Below, piece after piece: positions 51,757 to 64,000 of a DNA stretch of 64,000 nt. A program made the translations under genes and the position numbers. How positions within the stretch are numbered: the stretch's first letter is position 1; each line of letters opens with the position of its first letter. The notes below the pieces were generated by a model. That model was not told the DNA's origin. It saw only the letters and a list, made by a program, of their open reading frames with translations, and did not search any database. The stretch is from the human T2T-CHM13v2.0 reference genome, Homo sapiens: assembly GCF_009914755.1 (NCBI RefSeq), contig NC_060932.1; one strand, 5' to 3'.

Positions 51757-52542
51757 TTATGTTTAGTGAAATTTATTTAAACATAAAAAAGTTTATGATT
51801 TTATTTGTCTAGTATAGTCCAACCCATGGAGACAAAGCGCATTAGTAGGTTCTAGGAGTCGAAGGAAGGAGGCACTGGGGGACTGACTGCCAATGGGTAT
51901 GGGATTAAAATCTTTTGGGGTGATCAATATGTTCTAAAATTAGATAGTGGTGATGGTTTCAAAATTCTGAAAGTAATAAAAAACCATTTAATTGTATAGT
52001 TTAAGTGGGTGAGTTTGGCCAGGCGTGCTGGCTCACATCTGTAATCCCAGAGCTTTGGGAGGCCAAAGTGGGAGTATTGCTTGAGGCCAGGAGTTCAAGG
52101 CTGCAGTGAGCTTTGATCACACCACTGCACTCAGGCCTGGGCAACGCAGTGAGACCTTGTCTCTAAAAATAATAATAGTAAAGTAAATAAAAGGATGAGT
52201 TTTATGGTATTTCGAACTATATTTCAATAAAGCTGTTCAAAATAAAAAGCACTCCTCCACCTCACAGCTTTTTAGTTCCCGTGGTGGAATCAGCAGCCCT
52301 GCCAGGGAAGAATGCCTTCGCATGCTTGGCTGATTCCCCTGGGCCCCATCCTTCCTCCTCTGATGCTGGGATGCATCTAAGGCCTTCGCAAACTACATGT
52401 TTTCATATTTTGCCCAGCTTTTCCAGTTGTCCTGAGTTGTAGGGCTTCTCAGAATTCATGGTTCACCACCTGAAGCCTCCCAGACAGTCTTAAGCTCACA
52501 TGTGATTTATTTAATATCTGTATTTAGATTTGTAGCTCTAGT

Positions 52543-52705
52543 TCAGGAGTTCTCAAAATTTTTGATATTAGGGCCCCTTTATATTCTTAAATATTATTGA
52601 AGGCCCCAAAGAGTTTTTATTTATATGGATACATATCTGTCAATAATTAGCATATTAGAAGGTAAAAATTTCAATGTTTATTAATTTACTTAGAAATAAC
52701 AATAA
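52543..52705. mobile_element. Charlie1-like hAT transposon end
   Basis: caggagttctcaaa..cccctttatattcttaaatattattgaaggccccaaagag resembles the Charlie1 terminus. Confidence 0.65.
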
Positions 52706-53510
52706 GCCAGGCATAGTGGTGCATGCCTGTAGTCGCAGCTACTCAGGAGGCTGAGGTGGCAGGATCTTCTGAGTTCAGGTGTTTGAGACCAGCTTGGGCA
52801 ACATAGCAAGATCCATCTCTAAGGAAAATTTTTAGTTGGGCATAGCCGCTCGTGGCTGTAATCCCAACACTGGGAGGACGAGGTAGGAGGAGCACTTGAG
52901 CCCAGGAGTTCAAGACCAGCCTGGACAACATAGACCTCATATGTATAAAAAAATTTTTAAGTTAGCTGGGTATGGTAGTATATGCCTGTAGTCTCAGCTA
53001 CTCAGGAGGCTGAGGTAAGAGGATTGCTTGAGTTCAGGAAGTTCAGACTGCATGAGCCATCATCACACCATTTTACTCCAGCCTGGGCAACAGAGCAAGA
53101 CGTTGTCTCAAAAAAAAAAAAAAAAAAGTAGCAAATTCAGCACATTAACATAATTTTTTTTTTTTTTTTTGAGACAGAGTCTCACTCTGTCACCCAGGCT
53201 GGACTGCAATGGTGTGCTCTCGGCTCACTGTGCAAGCTCCCCTTCCCGGGCTCACGCCATTCTCCTGCCTCAGCCTCCCGAGTAGCTGGGACTACAGGTG
53301 CCCGCCACCACACCCAGCTAATATTTTTGTATTTTTTTAGTAGAGATGGGGCTTCACCATGTTAGCCAGGATGGTCTCAATCTCCTGACCTTGTGATCTG
53401 CTCGCCTCAGCCTCCCAAAGTGCTGGGATTACAGGCGTGAGCCACTGTGCCTGGCCTTTTTTTTTTTTTTTTTTTTTTTATTTGAGACGGAGTCCTGCTC
53501 TGTTGCCTAG

Positions 53511-53868
<358 letters not shown>

Positions 53869-54129
53869 TAATATATTGAGGGCATTTATGCGTCTGCCTC
53901 CCCTTTTTAATTTGAGTTCCATGAGGATCTGGATAGTATTAAAATAATGTTTTAGCTGAGCACAGTGGCCCACGCCTGTAATCCCAGCACTTTTGGAGGC
54001 TGAGACAGTGAGGCACATCACTTGAGGTCAGGAGTTCGAGACAAGCCTGGGCAACATGGCGAAACCCCATCTCTACTAAAAATACAAAAATTAGCCGGGC
54101 ATGATGGCGGGTGTCTGTAATCCCAGCTA

Positions 54130-54342
<213 letters not shown>

Positions 54343-55345
54343 TCAAACACTCAGCAGATATTTTTTGCCTAACTGACCCTTGCCCCTCTGCGCAGTGCTA
54401 AGGGATACTAAAATTAATAAACACAGTGTTGCTTTCGAGAACATTCATTACTTACTGTTTCAAATATCTACTGAGTACTGAAGTGGTTTTTATAACATAC
54501 ATTTAGGAGTTCCAACCTGGGCAACATATTGAGACTTCGTCTCTACTATAAATAAAAAAATTAGCCGGGCTTGATGGCACATCCCTGTAGTCCCAGCTAT
54601 GCTTATAGTCCCAGCTGCTCAGGAGGCTGAGGCAGGAGGATCGCTTGAGCCCAGAAGGTTGAGTGACAGAGCAAGACCCTGTCTCAAAAGAAAGAAAAAC
54701 ACATTTAAGAGTTATGTTTCAGCCTTGTGATTTGTCCTATATTCTGACTCATCCCTCAATCATAGTTTTATAACTTACAAAATGAAGAAAATAGACTAGA
54801 TGACCTAGACAGCTTAACATTGTTGATTATTTTTAGATTTTTCAGCTCCTTGATTCCTTTCGGTTCTGTTGGAGGCCTACCTAGGGCTGAGTGTGGTGCC
54901 TTGAACTCAGTGGTTAGTTGGCAAATGTTAAAGAAGGAGGTGATGCCAGTAGTTACCAAAGTCAAATTTGATTTCTATTTTTCTTTTTTCTTTTTTTTTT
55001 TTTTTTGAGATGGGATCTCACTCTGTCACCCAGGCTGGAGTGCAGAGGCACAAACTCTGCTCACTGCAACCTCTGCCCCCCGGGTTCAATGCACGCCACC
55101 AGGCCTGGCTTATTTTTTGTATTTTTAGTAGAGACGGGGTTTCACCATGTTGCCCAGGCTGGTCTCAACCTCCTGACCTCAAGTCATCCACCTGCCTCAG
55201 CCTCCCAAAGTGCTGGGATTACGGGCGTGAGCCACACTGCACCCGGCCTTCTATTTTTCACTCCATTGATTTATTAAGTCCCTTCTTTGTGCTTCGGAAT
55301 ATCTGTATATCCTTGATCTAGCTCGGTCTCAACTTTTGTGTACAA

Positions 55346-55355
<10 letters not shown>

Positions 55356-55385
<30 letters not shown>
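55356..55385. repeat. (TA)15 microsatellite
   Basis: Read directly. Confidence 0.95.
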
Positions 55386-55388
<3 letters not shown>

Positions 55389-55389
55389 T

Positions 55390-55545
55390 TTACTTTATCC
55401 CTTTTAACAACCCTGAGAAGAAGGTGAGATGATCATTTTTCTTCACTTTTCAACTGAAGAAATTGAGTCTTGAAGGTCACAGCTAAAGGAGTAGCAGAGT
55501 CAGACTCAGTCCCAGGTCTCCTGACCCCAAATCCACTGTACTGTC
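55390..55545 (-). mobile_element. MIR fragment
   Basis: acaaccctgaga..ctgaagaaattgag..aaggtcacagct..cccaggtctcctgac. Confidence 0.7.
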
Positions 55546-55902
55546 TGTTTCCTTGTCTGTCAAATGAGGGTTTCTTCCAGATCTGAGGTCCTGGGTCACC
55601 TGCCTTTTAACACAGCGAGTTAGTTAGGAGTCTTTGGGAATTAACAGGAACTGGTAACTTGAGCAGAATAGAAATTGGCAGGATCGTACAGAGGCTCAGA
55701 GGATTGGTGAGAAGGTGGAGCCCCAGGCTGGTAAATGGGCATGATTCAGGCTAACTCCTGGGGTTTCAGAAGCAGGGGCCTGAAAAGGCACTGCCATTGA
55801 AGGGCCAAACTCCACTGTTTTGCATTCTCTACTCAAGATGGAAGCAAGGGAGGAGCAGTCTGTTGGTGTGGCTCGAGTCGTCTACACATCCTTTGGTTAG
55901 TG

Positions 55903-56115
55903 AAGTGGTTCTCAACTGGGAGCAATTTTGTCCTCCCAGTGGGTGATATATAAAGGCGTTTTTAGTCATAAGGGTGAGAGGTTGCTCCTGGCATTTACTG
56001 AATAGAGGCCACGGATGATGCTAAATGTAGATTCTGCAGTGCACAGGACAGCCCTCTAGGATGAAGAATTATCTACCCACAAATGTCAGTAGAGCTGACA
56101 GGTTGGGAAACCTTG
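55903..56115. mobile_element. MER20 (hAT-Charlie MITE)
   Basis: Terminal inverted repeats agtggttctcaac / gttgggaaacc; internal gcacaggacagccc..aagaattatct. Confidence 0.85.
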
Positions 56116-56788
56116 GGTTGGGCTAGGGCACGTTGACTAATAGTCCCACCAGACTATATCTTGTTGGGGGCAGGAGGAAACTCAAGTGCTATTACTGAGA
56201 AAAGATGGAGTAGATGCTGGAAAGCCAAAAAAAATTTTTTTAAGGGTACTACAGGCCAGGTATGGTATCTCACACCTGTGATCTCAGCACTTTGGGAGGC
56301 CAAGGCAGGCAGATCACTGAGTCCAGGAGTTCGAGACTAGCCCAGGCAACATGGTGAAACCTCCATCTCTACAAAAAATACAAAAGTTAGCTAGGCATGG
56401 TGACACAAACTTGTAGTCCCAGCTACTCAGGAGGCTGAGTCAGGAGGGATGGCTTGAGCCTGGGAGGTGGAGGTTGCAGTGAGCAGAGATGGTGCCACTG
56501 TACTGCAGCCTCGGCAAGAGCGTGAGACCCCATCTCAAAAAAATAAATAAAAAGTACCACAAACTGGTGCAATCTGAGACTGTGAAGATGAATTACATAC
56601 TTGTAAATGTAGTGCTTGAGGCTTCTTAGGAAAAGGGGTCATTAATATTTGAAATTCTGGGCCAGAAGTGGTGGCTCATTCCTGTAACCTCAGCACTTTG
56701 GGAGGCTGAGGGAGGAGGATTACTTGAGGCTGAGAGTTTGACCAGCCTGGGCAACATAGTGAGACCCTGTCTCTAAAAAATGTTTTTA

Positions 56789-56977
<189 letters not shown>

Positions 56978-57371
56978 CTACTTGAGAGGCTGAGGACCAA
57001 GAATTGCATGAGCCTGGGAGGCAGAGATTTCAGTAAGTCAAGATTGCATCACTGCACTTCAGCCTGGGCAACAGAGCGAGACTCTGTTTCAAAAAAAAAT
57101 AATTAATTAATTAACTGGCGTAGTGACAAGCACCTGTAGTTCCAGCTACTTGACAGGCTGAGGCAGGAGGATCTCTTGAGCTTGGGAGTTTGAAGCTGCA
57201 GTGGCTATGATTACACCACTGCAGTCTAACCTGAGCAACAGAGTGAGACCTCAATTCTTAAAAAAAAAAACAAATTGAAACTCAACTTTTTAAAGGGATT
57301 CTAAGTGCTTATTTTTTTAAAGTATTCTTGGAAATCACATTTTCATGTAGAGTAACCTGTAAGGAACAGTG

Positions 57372-57376
<5 letters not shown>

Positions 57377-57436
<60 letters not shown>
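57377..57436. repeat. (AT)30 microsatellite
   Basis: Read directly; uninterrupted. Confidence 0.95.
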
Positions 57437-57443
<7 letters not shown>

Positions 57444-57462
57444 ATCTAAACCTAATTCATAA

Positions 57463-57719
<257 letters not shown>

Positions 57720-57932
57720 TGACCTCAGGTGATCCACCCACCTCGGCCTCTGAGAGTGCTGGGATTACAGGCGTGACCCACCGTGTCCAGCCCATAATTT
57801 AGGTTTTTGAGGGTAAGTATGAACACAAACTTAGAATGAACCACACTCCACTAGAATCAAAACTGAATTAAACTAAAGCACTTTTAAAGGGAACTTCCAT
57901 TTTAAGTTGAAGTGAACTTACCCTCTTGAATT

Positions 57933-58198
57933 TTGTTGCCCAGGCTGGAGTGTAGTGGCACAATCTCAGCTTGCTGCAACCTCCACCCCATGAGTTCAAG
58001 TGATTTTCCTGCCTCAGCCTCCCAGGTAGCTGGGATTAGAGGCATGTGCCACCATGCCTGTGTAATTTTTGTATCTTTAGTAGAAACAGGGTTTCAGCAT
58101 GTTGGCCAGGCTGGTCTTGAACTCCTGACCTCAGGTGATCCACCCGCCTTGGCCTCCCAACATGCTGGGATGACAGGCGTGAGCCACCGTGCCTGGCC
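57933..58198 (-). mobile_element. Alu lacking its poly(A) tail and 3' terminus
   Basis: Begins at ttgttgcccaggctgg with no T tract; flanked by cctcttgaatt / cttcttgaatt. Confidence 0.88.
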
Positions 58199-58885
58199 CT
58201 TCTTGAATTATTGAAGTTGAACACAACTAGAACACAATTATATTCCCTAAATGGGGGAAAAATTATTCTTCAAATTGCTTCAAGCAAGCATTTAATTTAA
58301 TTTGGACCCATAGACAATTCACATAGCTAGCTGTTTGCTAATTACTTAGTTACAGTAAAAATGTTTTACTGTATGTTTACTGTATGTTTTACACCATACC
58401 AGACTGTAGGGTAATATTTAGTAAAGGGACGTTTCACTTGTCAGCAACTTGGGATATTTCCAGTAGGTAAAAATCTGATGGCAGCGGATCTGTGGCATAT
58501 GTGGTCATATGTTAGAATTTCTCTAACACTTTACCTTATTCTTTGCCCCGACAGTTATTAGTGTTAAATCCAAGTAGAAGGAAAATTGATTCAGCCTGCA
58601 GTTTTCCCAGCATTCCTTTGAACTTTGTTTGCATTGTTTGTGGATAAGCCGTATGCATGTGACTCATAACTTGCGTGTTTTGCTTTCATGTTTTATAACA
58701 CCTTTGCTGCACCAGGCGTGTTTTACTACCCCAAGGAAGTCTAGAAATGATTAGAAGCTTTTTTTCCCTGCCCTCTAGGCACAGTAGCTTTGGCACTAAC
58801 TGCAAAAGGATCTGCCATGATTCCAGGCTACACAATGCGAGTGGGCCTCTCACTGACTGTGGTCCGTAGCCTGAGGGCTCTGTGA

Positions 58886-59167
<282 letters not shown>

Positions 59168-59320
59168 TAAGTGAGCAAAATATGTAGTATTGGAGGAAGA
59201 ATAAGTTGGAGATGTTGTCACTTTCCTGAGTATTGGAATGGGGAGGTTTCCTGGAGAGTTGTGGACTAGAATCTCAGAGAGGCTACCGTTAAAAGAATGA
59301 AGGTTTAAAAAATATTTAAG

Positions 59321-59607
59321 GGCCTGGCATGGTGGCTCACGTCTGTAATCCCAACGCTTTGGGAGGCTGAGGCAGTTAGATCACCTGAGGTCAGGAGTTC
59401 AATACCAGCCTGGCCAACATGGTGAAACCCTGTCTACTGTAAATAACAGAAATTAACCAGGTGTGATGGTGTGTGCCTGTAATGCCAGCTACTCGGGAGG
59501 CTGAGACAGGAGAATCGCTTGAACCTAGGAGGCGGAGGTTGCAGTAAGTCCACTGTAATCCAGCCTGGGCAACAGAGAGAGACTCTGTCTCAAAACGAAA
59601 CAAAAAA
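59321..59607 (+). mobile_element. AluS, intron 21
   Basis: Alu consensus with a short internal deletion in the right arm. Confidence 0.9.
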
Positions 59608-59716
59608 GATTTAAAAACAAGAAAGCTTTTACCTCTTAAGTGAAAAGTTGAACATACCTTGTTTTGCTAAGATAGCGTATGCTTAACTTCTACAGGAAGA
59701 TAAGGGAGTTTCTACC

Positions 59717-60059
<343 letters not shown>

Positions 60060-60067
60060 TAGCCTCT

Positions 60068-60150
60068 TGAGTCAGGAGACCTGGGTTCTAATCCTGGTCT
60101 GGCCTCTGTGTCCTTGATCCAGTCATTTGAGCTCTCTGAGCTTTAGTTGA
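60068..60150 (+). mobile_element. MIR fragment
   Basis: gagtcaggagacctgggttctaatcctgg..ctctctgagctttagtt. Confidence 0.65.
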
Positions 60151-60215
60151 AGGAGCTAGAACGATCTCCAGGATCTTTGCCAGCTCTGTCTGGCTGAATC
60201 CGACCATATCACTGA

Positions 60216-60356
<141 letters not shown>

Positions 60357-60519
60357 TAACTTACTCTTTCTCTTTCTTAAATAATTCTGGCCTGCTAGCT
60401 AAGATGGGCTCACTGTTCACCCCAAAATATATTTACCTCTTGACTTTTCTTCATATCTTTGACAATTATGGTGTCTTTTTGAGGAGAGATTGGAAATCCT
60501 GGTTTTATATTAAAATTAC

Positions 60520-60640
60520 TTTTACTTAAAGAGCTTTAAAAAATATTGATGCCAGGCTTCCCCCCAACTATTCTGAGGCATCTGTATTTTTTAAATCTGT
60601 TCCAGGCGATTATGACATACAGCCAGACTTGAGACCCAGT
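60520..60640. mobile_element. MER5A-like fragment
   Basis: gagctttaaaaaatattgatgccagg..ggcatctgtattttt..ttgagacccagtg. Confidence 0.55.
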
Positions 60641-60658
60641 GCCGTTGAGTTCAGATTA

Positions 60659-61077
<419 letters not shown>

Positions 61078-61239
61078 AGGGAAATGCCTCAATTGAGAAG
61101 ATTTACCCATGTCGTCTGACTTATGAATAGTGGGAATAAAAACAAGTCCATTTAAAAATAGTGATTCTAAAAAGCTGCATCATGTATTCCTCTGCTCCCC
61201 AGTTTTCAGGAAGGTGTGCTCTGTGTCATATCCCCGTGA

Positions 61240-61470
<231 letters not shown>

Positions 61471-61756
61471 CTGCACAGCTTGGAGATGGGCTGGTGAGAA
61501 GAAAGGCGGCCTCAGAACTCAGCTGTGACTCTTGCAGAATCAACAGAGACTGAAGTGGGCTTTTGTGTTATAATTTTCCCTTTCTCCAACCCTGTAGAAT
61601 AAGATTTCTTTCTTGTCTTTTAAACCTAATATCACCAAGAAGCAAGTTTCTGAGTAACAGCTGAAAATGGCCTTGTTGCCTGTGTAGAGCAAGTTACGGT
61701 GGTACTGCCACTCTGCAGGTGGAGCGGGTGACTCTGGGGGACCATTAAGACCTCCA

Positions 61757-62111
<355 letters not shown>

Positions 62112-63048
62112 CTAAGTGGTTCCCATTTCTGGAGCCAGAGATGATAATTAAGTCATTGCAAGTTGCCTGAAGAGAATTACTCAGGCAACTGGGAAAGGCA
62201 GTGGAAGGTCTGTGAAGCAAAGTTTTCAAGTAGATATTGCTATTACTGGCAGGTGTGCAAGGCGTGTAGTAAAATCAGTTTGTGGCATAGGTCGGCCCTT
62301 GCTGACTAAATCCTCTCTGGGGATTGAATTGATGACGACTGTGACTTGAGTTGGATTCGAAAATGGCTTCCCTTGGCCTCTTGAAAGAGTGCAGATGAAG
62401 CCTTTTCCGTGGATTTCAGTAACTTTCCAGCATACCATGACGATTTCTTCCCCAAATATACACATGCTCTTTTGCTCTTTGTGCCTGATCTTCAGTAATT
62501 TTTAGTTTTTTAACAGGCAGAAAAAATCTAGCAGCTAGGAAAGTTCAAGTTGGGGTGGGAGTTTTTAGTGAACTTTTCTCCCAGGTGTGTGGCCTTTATT
62601 TCTATTTATATATGTTTGTAAATGGAATTACCCCCTTTCTCTTGCAAAATAACCGCTTCCTGGCTGTTGGCTCACTTTGCTGGAATTTTTCTGAATCCAG
62701 GTTAAGATTTCCAGAAGTCAGCTTTGGAAAACGTGACACTCCTACCAAAGTCCAGATGGTTAGAAAGTTATCACATACCATGGGTTTCAGTGTTTTTGGA
62801 AACCCGTTTTTTTCTGGTTTTTTTTTCCCCCTCTCCATTTTAGAATCTTCTCCCAGTCCCTTCGGGCCTAGTTCTGTCTCATCTTGCTTTATTGGGTTTT
62901 AAAAACCGGTCTTATTTAAGCTTTTCTAATTTGTATTTATGTACTTATTTATTTTTTGGTATGATGGCAGGGAGGGGACAAAGCAGAAATACCCCTTTTA
63001 TATGACAATGTGTGAGAAAAGAAACTTTAGCTTAAAACTCCGTAAAAT

Positions 63049-63124
63049 GTGCTCACTTCAGCAGCACATATACTAAAATTAAAATGATATAGAGAAGATT
63101 AGCATATAGAAAAAAAGAAAAAAG
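63049..63124 (+). pseudogene. 3'-truncated U6 snRNA retropseudogene (U6 nt 1-57 plus A-rich tail)
   Basis: 63049-63105 differs from U6 nt 1-57 at 6 positions, all transitions (3 at CpG); the ACAGAGA box has become ATAGAGA; an A-rich tail follows. Confidence 0.9.
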
Positions 63125-63511
63125 ATTTCCTTAAAACAAGAAAACCAAGAATGTTTTTGGTTTGTTGCGGTGCCCAGCCGAGGTTGAGGAGGGATGGGTA
63201 TTGTTGGTGCACTGCTGGTTTCATTTGGAGTGTGGGACATTAGGGTGAGACAAGGACCTGGAATTTAAAAACCACAGAATCAAACACTGTGAACCACTGG
63301 TCTCTGGCTAAGCAGATCAGTTTTCTGATTTTCCTTGGAAGCGTTTTGAATTTTTCTGTTGAAGTTGGATTTCCTAATACTTTTTTTCTCTTAGATAATC
63401 AGAACAAATGGTTGAATACATTATAATACAAAAATTTCTTCACTTTTTATTCTTGGTTTTCTTGCCTCGTTTTTCGGTTTTAATGCCAAATGATTGGGTC
63501 ATGGGGTGGGA

Positions 63512-63517
63512 AATAAA
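63512..63517 (+). terminator. Polyadenylation signal AATAAA
   Basis: AATAAA followed by a GU/U-rich tract (tttgtagttgtgtttg...tgttgtttattt). Confidence 0.7.
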
Positions 63518-63747
63518 AACAACTTTGTATAAATTTGTAGTTGTGTTTGAAATAATGTTGTTTATTTATTATTATATTGATGTAACTCTTTTTCTTCAGA
63601 GAGCTGCAGCACTTCCTAGAAACACTCATTACTCTGCTTGTAAGTTGCAACTCCAGTGTTAGTAGCCAGGTAATTTCATCATCAGCTGGGTAAGAAGACT
63701 TATTGAAAAAAACAGTAGCCACCTCACTTCTCAGACAGATGAGGCAC

Positions 63748-63750
<3 letters not shown>

Positions 63751-63787
<37 letters not shown>

Positions 63788-63795
63788 TGTGTGTG
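63751..63795. repeat. (GT)18 microsatellite plus a short interrupted extension
   Basis: Read directly. Confidence 0.95.
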
Positions 63796-64000
63796 GTTTT
63801 TAGCTCTCTTTCTCCCATCAGACAATTTCTTTTACCCTAAGTGAGAGCCAGAGTGTGTCCACTTGCAAGGGCAGCCTCCCCACCGCTCCACTATTTTAAC
63901 GCTTGCCCTTTTTTACATATACCTCACGGGGTGTCTGTCACCATTGAAATACCTTCCCTGGGTACAAAAATCCCATTAGAAGGAATAAGATCTAGTAGTT

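Noticed and set aside
63049-63105. Functional U6 snRNA gene
   Set aside because: Only nt 1-57 are present, the ACAGAGA box is mutated, the ISL and 3' end are missing, and no PSE/TATA arrangement is evident.
62226-63818. ORFs in and after the 3' UTR (62226, 62555, 62602, 63408, 63480)
   Set aside because: No recognisable domains; low-complexity or microsatellite-derived; lengths expected by chance.

Overview
Primate (most likely human, 8p21.3) genomic DNA containing the 3' part of PIWIL2 (HILI, a piRNA-binding PIWI-clade Argonaute) on the + strand. Thirteen GT-AG coding exons (exons 11-23 if the gene has 23 exons, which is recalled, not visible here) splice into one uninterrupted frame: PAZ, L2, MID and PIWI domains, an intact D-E-D-H slicer tetrad, and the stop at 61468-61470. 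A ~2 kb 3' UTR carries an Alu and a U6 fragment and ends near AATAAA at 63512. Introns are dense in Alus, old L1, MaLR LTRs, DNA-transposon fossils and an ERV-L integrase/dUTPase remnant; intron 20 alone is 34.7 kb. Almost all ORFs in the supplied track are Alu or L1 artefacts. I found no new biological system. The best leads are a Phe at a normally Leu MID-pocket position (719), a candidate poly(A) signal created inside the U6 pseudogene, the ERV-L fossil, a locally templated L1 duplication and several isoform-generating features. Residue numbers are counted back from the stop assuming the recalled 973-aa length; repeat subfamily names are from recognition, not a database search.
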